A stretch of DNA of 64,000 bases. It comes from Limnothrix sp. BL-A-16 (GTDB lineage Bacteria; Cyanobacteriota; Cyanobacteriia; CACIAM-69d). Position 1 is the stretch's first letter. Each line of letters opens with the position of its first letter. The notes under the pieces are model-generated. The model searched no databases and was not told the DNA's origin. It was given only the letters and a program-made list of their open reading frames with translations. The DNA lies in contig CP166615.1 of assembly GCA_041937175.2 (NCBI GenBank), forward strand, positions 320,001-384,000. Reading direction: 5' to 3'. A program made the translations under genes and the position numbers. This document shows positions 9,908-20,543 of this stretch, piece after piece.

Positions 9908-10728
9908 GTTCCCATCGCCTGAACGCAAAACTCAGCGCCAAGCTTAGTGCCCAACAGAGTGCTAAACACAGCCCTAAACAGAGTGCCAGACAGTCGCCCG
10001 CTCCCTTAGCTGGCGATTCCCTGGCCGATTTCAAAGTAGGGGTTGATAACGTCATTTTTTCCGTGGACAGCGACAAGCGCCGACTGTTGGTGTTGTTGGT
10101 GATGCGGCAACACGAACCCTTCGCCGGTTGTTGGAGCTTGCCCGGAACCCTGGTGCGCCAGGGCGAGACCCTGGAAGCGGCGGCCTATCGCGTCTTGGCG
10201 GAAAAAATTCGCGTTCGGCATCTATACCTAGAGCAGCTTTATACCTTTGGCGGGCCCGGTCGCGATCCCCGGGAGGCCGCCGACAGTTTCGGGGTGCGAT
10301 ACTTGTCCGTCAGCTACTTTGCCCTGGTGCGCTATGCGGAGGTGGAGGCGATCGCGGACTTTGCCACCGATGGGGCGATCGGGATTGCTTGGTATCCGTT
10401 TGATCGCCTGCCAGAACTGGCGTTTGATCACGATCGAATTGTGCAATACGGCTATCAACGCTTGCGCAACAAATTGGAATACAGCCCGATCGCCTTTGAT
10501 GTGTTGCCGGAATCCTTTACCCTCAGCGATCTCTATCAGCTTTACACCATTGTTTTAGGCGAAAACTTTTCGGACTATTCCAACTTCCGCAGTCGCTTGC
10601 TGAAGCTGGGAATTCTGTTGGATACGGGCGTGAAGGTGTCGCGCGGCGCGGGTCGCCCGGCCAGTCTTTATCAATTTGATGCGATCGCCTTTCAACAGTT
10701 GGAAAATAAGCCCCTAGTGTTTGTCTAA
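9889..10728 (+). CDS. nrtR: NrtR family regulator (Nudix plus winged helix)
   Basis: WSLPGTLVRQGETLEAAAYR degenerate Nudix box, EQLYTFG..RDPR, LAFDH, NFRSRLL..GRPASLY; in NAD salvage operon. Confidence 0.9.
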   Translation: MAERRLGSHRLNAKLSAKLSAQQSAKHSPKQSARQSPAPLAGDSLADFKVGVDNVIFSVDSDKRRLLVLLVMRQHEPFAGCWSLPGTLVRQGETLEAAAYRVLAEKIRVRHLYLEQLYTFGGPGRDPREAADSFGVRYLSVSYFALVRYAEVEAIADFATDGAIGIAWYPFDRLPELAFDHDRIVQYGYQRLRNKLEYSPIAFDVLPESFTLSDLYQLYTIVLGENFSDYSNFRSRLLKLGILLDTGVKVSRGAGRPASLYQFDAIAFQQLENKPLVFV

Positions 10729-10803
10729 ATCTTTGTCTAAATCTTGGGCAAAATCTTGGTCTAATAGTCCAAGTTGCCTGCAAAAACTCTGCAAAAAACT
10801 CCG

Positions 10804-11505
10804 ATGACTGCGCCCAGTAACTCCCCCGATCTTGACCAGTTGCCGGCCGATCGAGCCGGAAAACCAGCCCAGCCTTGGTTTTGGCTCCTGTGGGCCGGCT
10901 TCACGCTCTATGCCTTTCTGTTGGCTCCGCCCGATCGCCCGGATACCTTGGATTTGATCATTCGCCTTTCAACGGGGCAAGTATCGGGCGAAAATCCACT
11001 GATTGTGGCTCTTTTTAACCTGATGGGCATTTGGCCACTGGTTTACTGCTGCTTGCTGTTTGCCGATGGGCGTGGGCAGCCAGTGCGCGCTTGGCCCTTC
11101 GCGATCGGGTCGATGGCATTGGGGGCCTTTGCCCTGTTGCCTTATTTGGCCCTGCGGCGATCGAACCCACAGTTCACGGGCGAGCGATCGCGCCTGATTC
11201 GGTTCTGGGATTCCCGTTGGCTGGCCCTGGGTCTCGGTGTTGGGGCGATCGGGCTGCTGGGTTGGGGTCTGTTCCAAGGCAACTGGTCAGATTTTGGACA
11301 ACAGTGGCAAACCAGCCGATTCATCCATGTGATGAGCCTTGATTTTCTGATGCTTTCCCTGCTGTTTCCTGCCCTTGTGGGTGATGATTTGGCTCGGAGA
11401 GGCTGGCATCAACAAACCCTGTGGAAGTGGCTAACGTTTTTGCCGTTACTGGGGCCTTTGGCTTACCTTTGTTTTCGCCCACCGATTCAGGTAACAAATG
11501 AATAA
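10804..11505 (+). CDS. Multi-pass membrane protein (DUF2834-like)
   Basis: About six TM segments; LFNLMGIWP, GAFALLPYLALR, SRFIHVMSLDF. Confidence 0.75.
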   Translation: MTAPSNSPDLDQLPADRAGKPAQPWFWLLWAGFTLYAFLLAPPDRPDTLDLIIRLSTGQVSGENPLIVALFNLMGIWPLVYCCLLFADGRGQPVRAWPFAIGSMALGAFALLPYLALRRSNPQFTGERSRLIRFWDSRWLALGLGVGAIGLLGWGLFQGNWSDFGQQWQTSRFIHVMSLDFLMLSLLFPALVGDDLARRGWHQQTLWKWLTFLPLLGPLAYLCFRPPIQVTNE

Positions 11506-11586
11506 CTAGCAATTATTGGGGGAGTGAACTTGGTTAGCTTTTAGCAAATTTTCGGAATCTTTTTAGTCTTGAAGTCTTGCAGTCTT

Positions 11587-11670
11587 GTAGGTTGGGTTGA
11601 GGCACGAAACCCAACAACAGCAAGGTTGATGGTAGTCAAGTTGGGTTGAGCTTTGTGAAACCCAACCTAC
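11587..11670. repeat. GTAG-class REP doublet (REPIN-like)
   Basis: GTAGGTTGGGTT-gaggcacga-AACCCAAC followed by an inverted copy ending AACCCAACCTAC. Confidence 0.8.
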
Positions 11671-11789
11671 CGACTGTTACTTGATCGTTTTTTTGGAATT
11701 GTTTAGACTTTGCAAATTTTTCAAATCCTTTTGGAAACTTCAATCCCTTTTGGGCTGTTCAAGCATCTTTTGTAAGAGTGTTTTAACCC

Positions 11790-12896
11790 ATGAAACGTCG
11801 CCATTTAATGCAGTCGATCGGGCTGGGTTCCGTGACGGCCACCGCTGCGGCCTGCGCCTCCAAACCCAGCGGCGGCCCGCCCGTTGCCGCCGATTCGCCC
11901 AGAATTCAATGGCGGGCGATCGCCAGTTGGCCCAAAGCCCTCGATACCATTTTTGGGGGCTTAGTCAGCATCTGCGATCGGGTCAAAGAACTCAGCGAGG
12001 GTCGATTCATCATCATGCCCCACACCGCTGGCGAAATCGTCGGCGCACTGGAAGTGATGGATGCAGTGCAATTAGGCGCTGCCGAATGTGGCCACAGCTC
12101 CAGCTATTACTATTTGGGCAAACATCGAGGACTTGCTTTTGGTACTTCAGTGCCCTTTGGCCTCACGGCCCAACAACAAAATGCTTGGCTCTATGCCGGA
12201 GGCGGCTTAACAGCGCTGCAAGCCATTTATCGCAGCTTTAACATCATCAATTTTCCCGCTGGCAACACGGGAACCCAAATGGGGGGCTGGTTTAAACGCG
12301 AAATTCAAACCCTCAGTGATTTGCAGGGTTTAAAAATGCGAATTCCCGGCCTCGGCGGCGAAGTAATGTCGCGATTGGGGGTGAATGTGCAGGTGTTGCC
12401 CGGTAGCGAAGTATTCTTAGCGCTCGATCGGGGAACCATTGACGCGGCCGAGTGGGTTGGTCCCTATGATGATGCGAAATTGGGACTGAACCGCGCCGCC
12501 CGTTTCTATTACTATCCCGGTTGGTGGGAACCTGGTAGCACGCTCGATTTCTTCGTCAATTTAGAAGCCTGGAATCGGTTGCCGAAAGCCTACCAACAGA
12601 TGATTCAACTGGCAGCCCAAGAAGCCAACTATGCCATGTTGTCAAAATACGAAGCCCTTAATGCAGAAAGTCTCAAAACCCTCATTGCTAGCGGCACACA
12701 ACTACGGCCCTATTCCACAGAAATTTTGAAAAAAGCCAAGACAGAAACAGAAGCGCTGTTTTCGGATTTGGCCCAGCGAGATGCAAACTTCAAGGCCCTG
12801 TATGAGCCTTGGAAAAGCTTCCAACAATCGGTTCTTCACTGGAACAACACCAATGAATGGGTTTTCGCAGAAGCAGTTAAACCTGAAACCCTCTAA
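11790..12896 (+). CDS. TRAP transporter substrate-binding protein (DctP family), Tat-type signal
   Basis: MKRRHL twin-Arg; GNTGTQMGGWF, DLQGLKMRIPG, DAAEWVGPYDD, YYPGWWEP. Confidence 0.93.
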   Translation: MKRRHLMQSIGLGSVTATAAACASKPSGGPPVAADSPRIQWRAIASWPKALDTIFGGLVSICDRVKELSEGRFIIMPHTAGEIVGALEVMDAVQLGAAECGHSSSYYYLGKHRGLAFGTSVPFGLTAQQQNAWLYAGGGLTALQAIYRSFNIINFPAGNTGTQMGGWFKREIQTLSDLQGLKMRIPGLGGEVMSRLGVNVQVLPGSEVFLALDRGTIDAAEWVGPYDDAKLGLNRAARFYYYPGWWEPGSTLDFFVNLEAWNRLPKAYQQMIQLAAQEANYAMLSKYEALNAESLKTLIASGTQLRPYSTEILKKAKTETEALFSDLAQRDANFKALYEPWKSFQQSVLHWNNTNEWVFAEAVKPETL

Positions 12897-12938
12897 TTTT
12901 CCTTTCAGTTTTCTCTTCCAATTTCCCCGTTTAAATCT

Positions 12939-13580
12939 ATGCAGAATTGGCAACGGTGGCTTCAACAGCAACTCCCTCCCTGGTTGCGACTGGCTCGACA
13001 GATTGATCGCTGGAATTTTCGCTTGGGCCAAGCCATGGGCTGGTTGGTGGTGGCCATGCTGGCGATCGGGTCTTGGAATGTGATCGGTCGCTATTTGGGC
13101 CGGGCGATCGGGCGAAATCTCACCTCCAACACCAGCATTGAGTTGCAGTGGTATCTCTTTAGCGGTGTGTTCCTGCTTGGTGCTGCCTACACCATGCAGC
13201 GAAATGGCCATGTGCGGGTAGATGTGTTCTATAAAAATTGGTCACCCCGCACCCAGGCGATCGCCAATTTAGCCGGAACCATCCTATTTTTAATTCCCTT
13301 TTCAATGCTGATTTTAGTGGCTTCTTGGCAATGGACTGCCAATGCTTGGATCGTTCAAGAACTCTCGCCCGATCCCGGTGGACTGCCGCGTTATCCCATC
13401 AAAGGATTGATTTTAATTAGTTTTGTAGTTTTGATCATTCAAGGAATTTCAGAAATCATTAAAAACCTGGCGATTATTGCCGGGCTGGGTACAGATCACT
13501 TGCCGCAACCGATCGCCCACTCGATCGCCCCCCATCAACCCAGCCAACCATTGGAGAACCCATCGGAGGGCGATCGCTAA
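12939..13580 (+). CDS. TRAP transporter small permease (DctQ)
   Basis: ELQWYLF..LGAAY..HVRVDVFY; four TM; operon position. Confidence 0.92.
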   Translation: MQNWQRWLQQQLPPWLRLARQIDRWNFRLGQAMGWLVVAMLAIGSWNVIGRYLGRAIGRNLTSNTSIELQWYLFSGVFLLGAAYTMQRNGHVRVDVFYKNWSPRTQAIANLAGTILFLIPFSMLILVASWQWTANAWIVQELSPDPGGLPRYPIKGLILISFVVLIIQGISEIIKNLAIIAGLGTDHLPQPIAHSIAPHQPSQPLENPSEGDR

Positions 13581-14923
13581 TGGAAACCCTTGGATTTGAC
13601 TGGCTGGGGCCCCTCATGTTTTTGGGGGCGCTGCTCTTTTTATCCCTTGGCTATCCCGTCGCCTTTTCCTTGGGTGGGGTTGCCATTGTTTTTGCCCTGA
13701 TTGGGATCAATGTCGATGCGTTTGAGCCAAGCTTTTTAGCTGCCTTGCCCAGCCGCATTTTTGACATTATGAAAAACTACACGTTGCTGGCCATTCCTTA
13801 TTTTATTTTTCTAGGATCCGTTCTGGAAAAGTCAGGAATTGCTGAGCAACTGTTAGAAACCGTCGGAATTTTATTTGGCCGCTTGCGGGGTGGCTTGGCC
13901 CTGGCGGTGGTGGTGGTGGGGGCAATGCTGGCGGCCACAACGGGAGTCGTGGCGGCAACGGTCGTGGCCATGGGCCTCATTTCTCTGCCCATCATGCTGC
14001 GCTATGGCTACAATCGCGAGCTGGCCACGGGGGTGATTGCTGCTTCCGGAACCTTGGGGCAAATCATTCCGCCCAGTGTGGTGCTGGTGGTGCTGGGCGA
14101 CCAATTGGGCGTTTCGGTGGGCAATTTGTTCCTCGGGGCAGTGATTCCCGGACTGATGATGGCGGGGGCCTTTGCCTTGCATGTGTTGCTGGTGGCCTTT
14201 TTGAAGCCGGAGGCCGCGCCGGCCCTGCCGCCAGAGGTTTGCCAAATACCGCGCCGAGAATTGCGACAACGGGTGGTGCAGTCCATGCTGCCCCCCTTGG
14301 TGCTGATTTTGTTGGTGTTGGGGAGCATTTTCTTTGGCATTGCCACCCCCACGGAGGCGGGCGCGGTGGGTTCCTTGGGGGCGATCGCCCTGGCCCTGTT
14401 GAACCGCCAATTCAGTTGGGCTGCCCTACGGGACTGCTGCGAGGCTACCCTGCGCATTTCCAGCATAGCCCTATTCATTTTGATTGGTTCAACGGCCTTC
14501 AGCCTGGTGTTTCGGGGTCTCCACGGCGATCGGTTCATGTTCGAAATTTTGTCGAACTTGCCGGGTGAGGGGGTTGGTTTCCTGGCGCTCAATATGTTGG
14601 TGGTTTTCCTGCTGGGGTTCTTTATTGACTTCTTTGAAATCGCCTTTATTGTGGTTCCAATTTTTGCCCCCGTTGCTAAAGCTCTTGGGTTCAATATGAT
14701 TTGGTACGGGGTAATTTTGGGGGCAAATTTGCAAACTTCCTTCCTCACGCCACCCTTTGGATTTGCCCTGTTTTATCTACGGGGTGTTGCCCCTGCCATT
14801 GTCAAAACGGAGGAGCTATATCGAGGGGTAATTCCCTTTATTGCTCTGCAACTGCTGGTGTTGCTGATGATTATTCTGTTCCCGGATTTGGTGATGTGGT
14901 TACCGTCTCTCAGCTTTGATTAG
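13580..14923 (+). CDS. TRAP transporter large permease (DctM)
   Basis: LLAIPYFIF, ASGTLGQIIPPS, ATPTEAG, TPPFGFALF. Confidence 0.94.
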   Translation: METLGFDWLGPLMFLGALLFLSLGYPVAFSLGGVAIVFALIGINVDAFEPSFLAALPSRIFDIMKNYTLLAIPYFIFLGSVLEKSGIAEQLLETVGILFGRLRGGLALAVVVVGAMLAATTGVVAATVVAMGLISLPIMLRYGYNRELATGVIAASGTLGQIIPPSVVLVVLGDQLGVSVGNLFLGAVIPGLMMAGAFALHVLLVAFLKPEAAPALPPEVCQIPRRELRQRVVQSMLPPLVLILLVLGSIFFGIATPTEAGAVGSLGAIALALLNRQFSWAALRDCCEATLRISSIALFILIGSTAFSLVFRGLHGDRFMFEILSNLPGEGVGFLALNMLVVFLLGFFIDFFEIAFIVVPIFAPVAKALGFNMIWYGVILGANLQTSFLTPPFGFALFYLRGVAPAIVKTEELYRGVIPFIALQLLVLLMIILFPDLVMWLPSLSFD

Positions 14924-15125
14924 ATCTCTTTCGCAAATCAGTAAAAAGCCTTCATCCTCCTCTCAAAATCCGCTGATCAACGCTCATTTTGTAGGATCGC
15001 GGCTGCCTTAATTCTCTGGGTCAAAGCCGCAGAGACAGTCGTCATAACAAGGGGCTTAAGCCCCTTGCTGTCTAACGAGTTGCTAACATTAGTAGTCATT
15101 CGACGGGAAAACCAGGCAAAGAAAG

Positions 15126-16139
15126 TTAGGAATTTAGAGCCGGGCGATCGCGCTGTTGATCTTGGCGAGAATACACTTGGCCATCATCCCAAAGACCAAC
15201 CAAAGCCGTGATTAAAGCTTTGGCAAAACCCATGCAATAGCAGCCAAAGCGCACCAGAACTTTCAGAGGTGAGCCGCTCTTGTAGCAGGGGGGATGGCCC
15301 AGAACATGACAGTCAAATAACTTGGCGAAAAAGCGAATTTGTTGCCCAAGGCTGAGGTGTTTGAATCCGAGCCAAAAATGGTTGTGGTAAAAGGTGGTTT
15401 GATAGCCGATCGAACGGGTGCTGATGTCATGGCAACCGCCGGTTTCTTCGCCCAAATGCACCAAATGGGCGGCGGGGTCGTACCAAATTTTGAAGCCGGT
15501 TTTGCGCAGGCTTAAGCAAAAATCGGACTCTTCACGGACAGCGCTGCCCCGATAGCGTTCATCAAATCGCAGGCCGTGCTGCACAAACAGGTTGCGCCGA
15601 AAGGACATGTTGCAGCCTCGGGCAGTGATCACCGGTTGGGGCTGGGTGGCCCGCACCAGGTCAATGTGATACCAGGCGATCGCGGGGTCGGAGGCTTCCG
15701 GCACTTGGTAATCAAATTCGCCCACATGCTTGGTGCATTCTTGCTCCAATTTCATGCGATCGAATACGCGCCCGGCCACCGCTCCAATGTGGGGATCGCC
15801 ATAGTTGGCCACATGGGCCGCAATAAAACCCGGCTCCAGGCGCACATCGTCATCAATAAAAATCAAAATTTCACCGCTTGATCGCCGGGCCGCAAAGTTT
15901 CGGGCCCCTGGCAAGCTAGCCCACCGCAAGCGATGCCATTGAATTTTGCCCCCGTCGGCCCATTGGGCCAGTTTGGCTTCGGTTTCGGGCAGGTGCTGCG
16001 GGGTCTGGTCAACGACGATCACTTCAAAATCAGGATAGTCCTGGACTAGAACATCCTCGATCGAGGTGCAAAGCACTTGTTCGCGCCCGTAGGTGGGCAC
16101 AATGACTGAAACCTTTGGCAACTGGGAAACCTGACTCAT
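15126..16139 (-). CDS. hpsN: Family 2 glycosyltransferase, HpsN-like (hormogonium polysaccharide)
   Basis: VSVIVPTYGRE, VIVVDQT, LPGARN, FIDDD, GCNMSFR, VREESDFC, HLGEETGGCH; GT2 is firm, the HpsN name is from recall. Confidence 0.75.
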   Translation of the reverse strand: MSQVSQLPKVSVIVPTYGREQVLCTSIEDVLVQDYPDFEVIVVDQTPQHLPETEAKLAQWADGGKIQWHRLRWASLPGARNFAARRSSGEILIFIDDDVRLEPGFIAAHVANYGDPHIGAVAGRVFDRMKLEQECTKHVGEFDYQVPEASDPAIAWYHIDLVRATQPQPVITARGCNMSFRRNLFVQHGLRFDERYRGSAVREESDFCLSLRKTGFKIWYDPAAHLVHLGEETGGCHDISTRSIGYQTTFYHNHFWLGFKHLSLGQQIRFFAKLFDCHVLGHPPCYKSGSPLKVLVRFGCYCMGFAKALITALVGLWDDGQVYSRQDQQRDRPALNS

Positions 16140-16237
16140 GTCCGCAACCGTGGGGGATGGCTAGGATGGCTGGAGCGATTCGATCGAACCGTAAATCTTA
16201 ATCCAAGAGCATCCGAGCGTTGTCCGGTGAAGGGCCG

Positions 16238-16795
16238 CTAGGGGCGGGGGCGGTTAACATACCGCGCCGCGATCGCCCCGCCAATGAACCCGAAAAGATG
16301 CATTTGCCAGGACACGCCCGAGCGCAACGGTAGCACCCCAAAGATCAAACTGCCATAGAGGCTGAAGATAAAAATCGAAAGCAAAATACCGCTGGCACTG
16401 CGTTCAAACCAACCCCGAAACAGCACGTAGCTGAGATAGCCAAACACCAAACCACTTGCGCCAATGTGGATGGAGTTGCTGGGGCCAATTAGCCAGGTTC
16501 CCAGACCGCTAATCAGGGCGATCGCGCCGGTCACTTTCCAAAAGGTTTCGCGCCCACGCACCAACACCAACCAACCCAGCACCCCCAGGGGCACGGTGTT
16601 GGCCATCAAATGGGCCAAGTCGCCATGGAGCAAGGGGGCAAAGACAATCCCCCGCAGGCCGATGACATTGCGGGGAACAATGCCTAATACATCGAGATAG
16701 CCCCGAAAAACGAACTGATCAACAATTTCCAGCAGCCACAGGAGGCCAATCAGCGATGCCAAAAATCGCCCTTGGGATTTGAGTTCTTCGGTCAC
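16238..16795 (-). CDS. Rhomboid intramembrane serine protease
   Basis: LLHGDLAHLMAN, GASG catalytic Ser, SWQMHLFGFIGG catalytic His. Confidence 0.92.
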   Translation of the reverse strand: MTEELKSQGRFLASLIGLLWLLEIVDQFVFRGYLDVLGIVPRNVIGLRGIVFAPLLHGDLAHLMANTVPLGVLGWLVLVRGRETFWKVTGAIALISGLGTWLIGPSNSIHIGASGLVFGYLSYVLFRGWFERSASGILLSIFIFSLYGSLIFGVLPLRSGVSWQMHLFGFIGGAIAARYVNRPRP

Positions 16796-17297
16796 ATGCT
16801 CAAGGAGTGATTACTGAAATTGACGACTGAAAAGGATTCCCAGGGGAATGCAATTAGAAGGGAAGACGATGCGCGTTTTCCACTATAGCCAGGATAGCGA
16901 ACGGAATCGTTGGCGGGGGCGGCCCTGGACTGCGGGCTTGGGCGGACGATCGGGCGAGTGGGGTGACGGTGTTGCATACGAGGCGATCGGGCGATCGACC
17001 GTTTTGGAAATCTGTCCCGCAAAATCACTAGTGAGATGGAAATGTTGGCTAGGCTGAAGACAGCCAGGCTTTTGATTCCCTGCATTCCAATGCCTTGGCC
17101 GTCCACTGCCGCTTTTCAATGATCGATCGCCCATGGGTTCCCGGACTGAGTTCAAAATTTTAGAACCTGGGTTCAGGGTCTGCGTTGAGTTGGCCAGTTT
17201 GGGCAAGTTTCCCCTGCGCTTACCCCCTGGCCAGCCGGACTCCGTAACCAGGGAGGATGGCCAGCGATCGCTGAAGACTTATTCGGGCCCCGTCGCC

Positions 17298-18110
17298 ATG
17301 TTTCCTAATCGTTCTCCTCGTTTGGCTGCTCAGTTGCCCCCTGCCGGGCGATCGGGCCCTGCTGCTGCGCGTCGGTGGCGGGGACTTTGGGGCGGGGCGA
17401 TCGCCCTGTGGTTGGGTTGGCCCGGCGTTGCGTTGGCCTATCTCCAGTCGATCGACCCGGTTCCCAGTCCCAGTCCCAGCCGCCCTGTAACACCCACGCC
17501 AACGCCAACGCGCCCGCCGACTCCCACTCCCACCCTGACTCCCAGCCCAACTCCCACCCGTCCCCCGACTCCGACACCAACGCCAACGCGCCCTCCAACG
17601 CCGACCCCAACCCCAACCCGTCCCCCAACGCCAACGCCGACCCCAACCCGCACACCAACGCCGACCCCAACGCCAACGCGCCCGCCCGATCGCGCTGCTC
17701 CCTGCTTGAATGAGGGCGATCGCTACCGGGCCCGCATGTGCGAGCTACGGGCCTCAGACGAGCGCTGGATTGAAATTCACCTCAGCAATCAGCGGCTGAT
17801 CGCCTGGGAAGGGAACAAGCCCGTTTATGCGGTGATTATTTCCACGGGCAAGCCGGGCACGCCGACTTGGCCAGGAATTTTCCGAATTCAGCGCAAATTG
17901 CCCGTCGATCGAATGCGTGGTGAAGATTACGACGTACCCAACGTGCCCCATGTGATGTACTACCACCGGGGCTATGCGATTCACGGGGCTTACTGGCATC
18001 AGCGTTTTGGCACACCGGTCAGCCACGGCTGCACCAACGTGGCCCCGGATCATGCGCGCTGGCTGTTCAACTGGGCCGATGTGGGCACCCCGATCGTGAT
18101 TCGGCCCTAG
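17298..18110 (+). CDS. L,D-transpeptidase (YkuD family) with Pro/Thr-rich linker
   Basis: [22 protein letters not shown] catalytic motif; signal-like N-terminus; start inferred at ATG 17298. Confidence 0.9.
   Translation: MFPNRSPRLAAQLPPAGRSGPAAARRWRGLWGGAIALWLGWPGVALAYLQSIDPVPSPSPSRPVTPTPTPTRPPTPTPTLTPSPTPTRPPTPTPTPTRPPTPTPTPTRPPTPTPTPTRTPTPTPTPTRPPDRAAPCLNEGDRYRARMCELRASDERWIEIHLSNQRLIAWEGNKPVYAVIISTGKPGTPTWPGIFRIQRKLPVDRMRGEDYDVPNVPHVMYYHRGYAIHGAYWHQRFGTPVSHGCTNVAPDHARWLFNWADVGTPIVIRP
17485..17690 (+). repeat. Coding tandem repeat ([10 protein letters not shown])n, ~30-bp units
   Basis: About six synonymous-diverged units in the transpeptidase linker. Confidence 0.85.
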
Positions 18111-18396
18111 GGGTTGTCGTCAAATTACCTGAAACCCTTACTCCACCTCGGATTGATCGCGAGAGACAAGGGGCTTAGGGCGTGTCGTCAAATCGCCTGA
18201 AACCCTTATTCCACCGTTGTCAGATCGTGGGGGACAAGGGGCTTAAGCCCCTTGTTACAACGACTGGGACATGGAAAGTCAATCGTTTTCACCTGATCCT
18301 GGGAAATGACGACAGGCCCTAAGCCCCTTGCTACGACGATTGGGTTATGGAAAATCCACCATTTCGGCTTCAGCCCAGTCCATAACGACGGGGCCC
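18110..18396 (+). mobile_element. Nested family A elements; inner copy 18178-18319 inserted in the outer copy's palindrome
   Basis: Outer CAAGGGGCT-TA [GGGCGTGTCGTCA...TGACGACAGGCCC] TA-AGCCCCTTG; TA duplicated at 18176-77 and 18320-21. Confidence 0.9.
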
Positions 18397-18531
18397 AGGT
18401 CAATCAGTACCGATTCGCATCGTGCCTTCACGGGCGATACCAACGGCGCGGCAGGTCAGTGCCGAATTTCGGGATAATGGGGATCGTTACGGTTCGTTAC
18501 ATCACCCTTCGACACCTCACGCGATCGCCCC

Positions 18532-20043
18532 ATGCCCCGAGATCTACGCGGCTTCTTGAAGCTTTTGGATGAGCGCGGTCAACTGCGCCGGATTACGGTT
18601 CCCGTTGATCCCAACCTGGAAATCGCCGAAATTGCCAATCGGATGCTGGCGGCGGGCGGGCCGGCCCTGCTGTTTGAAAACGTCAAGGGCAGCAGCAGCC
18701 CCGTGGCCGTGAACCTGCTGGGCACGGTGGAGCGCACCTGCTGGGCCATGAACATGGAGTCGCCCGAGGAGCTAGAAACCTTGGGTCACAAGCTTTCCAT
18801 GTTGCAGCAACCAAAGCCGCCCAAGAAAATTTCCCAGGCGATCGAGTTTGGCAAAGTGCTGTTTGACGTGTTGCGCGCCAAGCCGGACACCGACCTGTTT
18901 CCCGCTTGCCATCAGGTGGTGAAACGGGGTGACGAGGTGAATCTCCACGAAATCCCGATGATTCGCCCCTATCCCGACGATGCGGGCCATGTGGTCACCT
19001 TCGGGCTGGTGATTACGAAGGATTGCGAAACCAAGATCCCGAATGTGGGCGTTTATCGGCTGCAACGGCAATCGAAAAATACGATGACCGTCCAGTGGTT
19101 GTCCGTGCGGGGTGGGGCGCGTCACCTGCGGAAGGCGGCGGAACGGGGCCAAAAACTGGAAGTGGCGATCGCCCTAGGGGCAGACCCGTTGTTGCTAATG
19201 GCGGCGGCCACACCGATCCCCGTGGACTTATCCGAGTGGCTGTTTGCCGGTCTCTACGGCGGTTCCGGGGTGCATCTGACCAAGTGCAAAACCCTGGATT
19301 TGGAAGTGCCGGCCAACTGCGAAATGATTTTGGAAGGGACGATCGACCCGAGCGAGACGGCGATCGACGGCCCCTTCGGTGATCACATGGGCTACTACGG
19401 CCCGGCGGCTCCCGGCCCCCTGTTGCGGGTTCATGCCGTCACCCACCGCAAAGACCCGATTTATCTCACCACCTTCAGCGGCCGGCCGCCCAAGGAAGAG
19501 GCGATGATGGCGATCGCCCTCAACCGGATTTATACGCCGATTTTGCGGACGCAAGTGCCGGAAATCACGGACTTTTTCCTACCGATGGAAGGGTTGAGTT
19601 ATAAGGCGGCGATTATCTCGATCGACAAAGCCTATCCGGGTCAAGCCCGCCGGGCCGCCTTGGCCTTTTGGAGCGCCCTGCCCCAGTTCACCTACACCAA
19701 ATTTGTGATCGTGGTGGACAAGTCCATTAATATTCGCGATCCGCGTCAGGTGATGTGGGCGATTTGCTCCAAAGTTGACCCCGATCGGGATGTGTTTATC
19801 CTGCCGGAAAATCCCCTGGATTCGTTGGATTTTGCCACCGAAAAATCGGGTCTTGGCAGTCGGATGGGGATCGATGCCACCGATAAGATTTACCCCGAAA
19901 TTGATCGAGAATGGGGCAAGGTTTTGGAATCCGATCCAGAAGTGGCCGCCACGGTCGATCGGCGCTGGGCGGAGTACGGCTTGGCGGATATTAACCTGAT
20001 GGAAGTGGATGCTAATTTGTTTGGTTACGACATTCGGAGGTAG
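18532..20043 (+). CDS. ubiD: UbiD family decarboxylase (likely plastoquinone pathway)
   Basis: DLRGFL, PALLFENVKG, NVGVYR, DGPFGDHMGYY, GRPPKEE, LDFA..MGIDAT. Confidence 0.95.
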   Translation: MPRDLRGFLKLLDERGQLRRITVPVDPNLEIAEIANRMLAAGGPALLFENVKGSSSPVAVNLLGTVERTCWAMNMESPEELETLGHKLSMLQQPKPPKKISQAIEFGKVLFDVLRAKPDTDLFPACHQVVKRGDEVNLHEIPMIRPYPDDAGHVVTFGLVITKDCETKIPNVGVYRLQRQSKNTMTVQWLSVRGGARHLRKAAERGQKLEVAIALGADPLLLMAAATPIPVDLSEWLFAGLYGGSGVHLTKCKTLDLEVPANCEMILEGTIDPSETAIDGPFGDHMGYYGPAAPGPLLRVHAVTHRKDPIYLTTFSGRPPKEEAMMAIALNRIYTPILRTQVPEITDFFLPMEGLSYKAAIISIDKAYPGQARRAALAFWSALPQFTYTKFVIVVDKSINIRDPRQVMWAICSKVDPDRDVFILPENPLDSLDFATEKSGLGSRMGIDATDKIYPEIDREWGKVLESDPEVAATVDRRWAEYGLADINLMEVDANLFGYDIRR

Positions 20044-20049
20044 GCGATC

Positions 20050-20409
20050 ATGGCGGTAATCCGGGGGCTGCATGTGGCGTTGAATGTGACCGATCTCGAT
20101 CGCGCTGCTGAATTTTATGGGAGCTTATTGGGGCTGGAATTGATCGATCGCCCCCTGAAGTTTCCCGGGCTTTGGTATGCGATCGGGGATTGGCAAATTC
20201 ACCTGATTGTTGCGCCCCAGGTGGTGAACACTATTCAGGACGATCGGTGGGGTCGCAATGCCCACTTGGCGATCGCGGTGGATGACCTAGAAACCCTGAA
20301 AGCTCAACTCACCAAAGCCGCTATTTCCTGGCAAGCCAGCGCCTCCGGTCGCGCCGCCATCTTCGCTCCCGATCCCGACGGCAATTTATTAGAATTCCAG
20401 CAATCCTAA
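20050..20409 (+). CDS. VOC/glyoxalase family protein
   Basis: LHVALNVTDLDRAAEFY, HLAIAVDDL, DPDGNLLEF. Confidence 0.9.
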   Translation: MAVIRGLHVALNVTDLDRAAEFYGSLLGLELIDRPLKFPGLWYAIGDWQIHLIVAPQVVNTIQDDRWGRNAHLAIAVDDLETLKAQLTKAAISWQASASGRAAIFAPDPDGNLLEFQQS

Positions 20410-20543
20410 ACCCCTCTCGATCCATTGCCTATCACGCAACCCATCGTCTGGACTGAAACGTCATAGTACGCACATCTCTGACAATCAGCGCGGCTAAAAT
20501 AGTGGACAGCCTTCGCAGTCATGATCATCAGTGGAGCAGGAGT

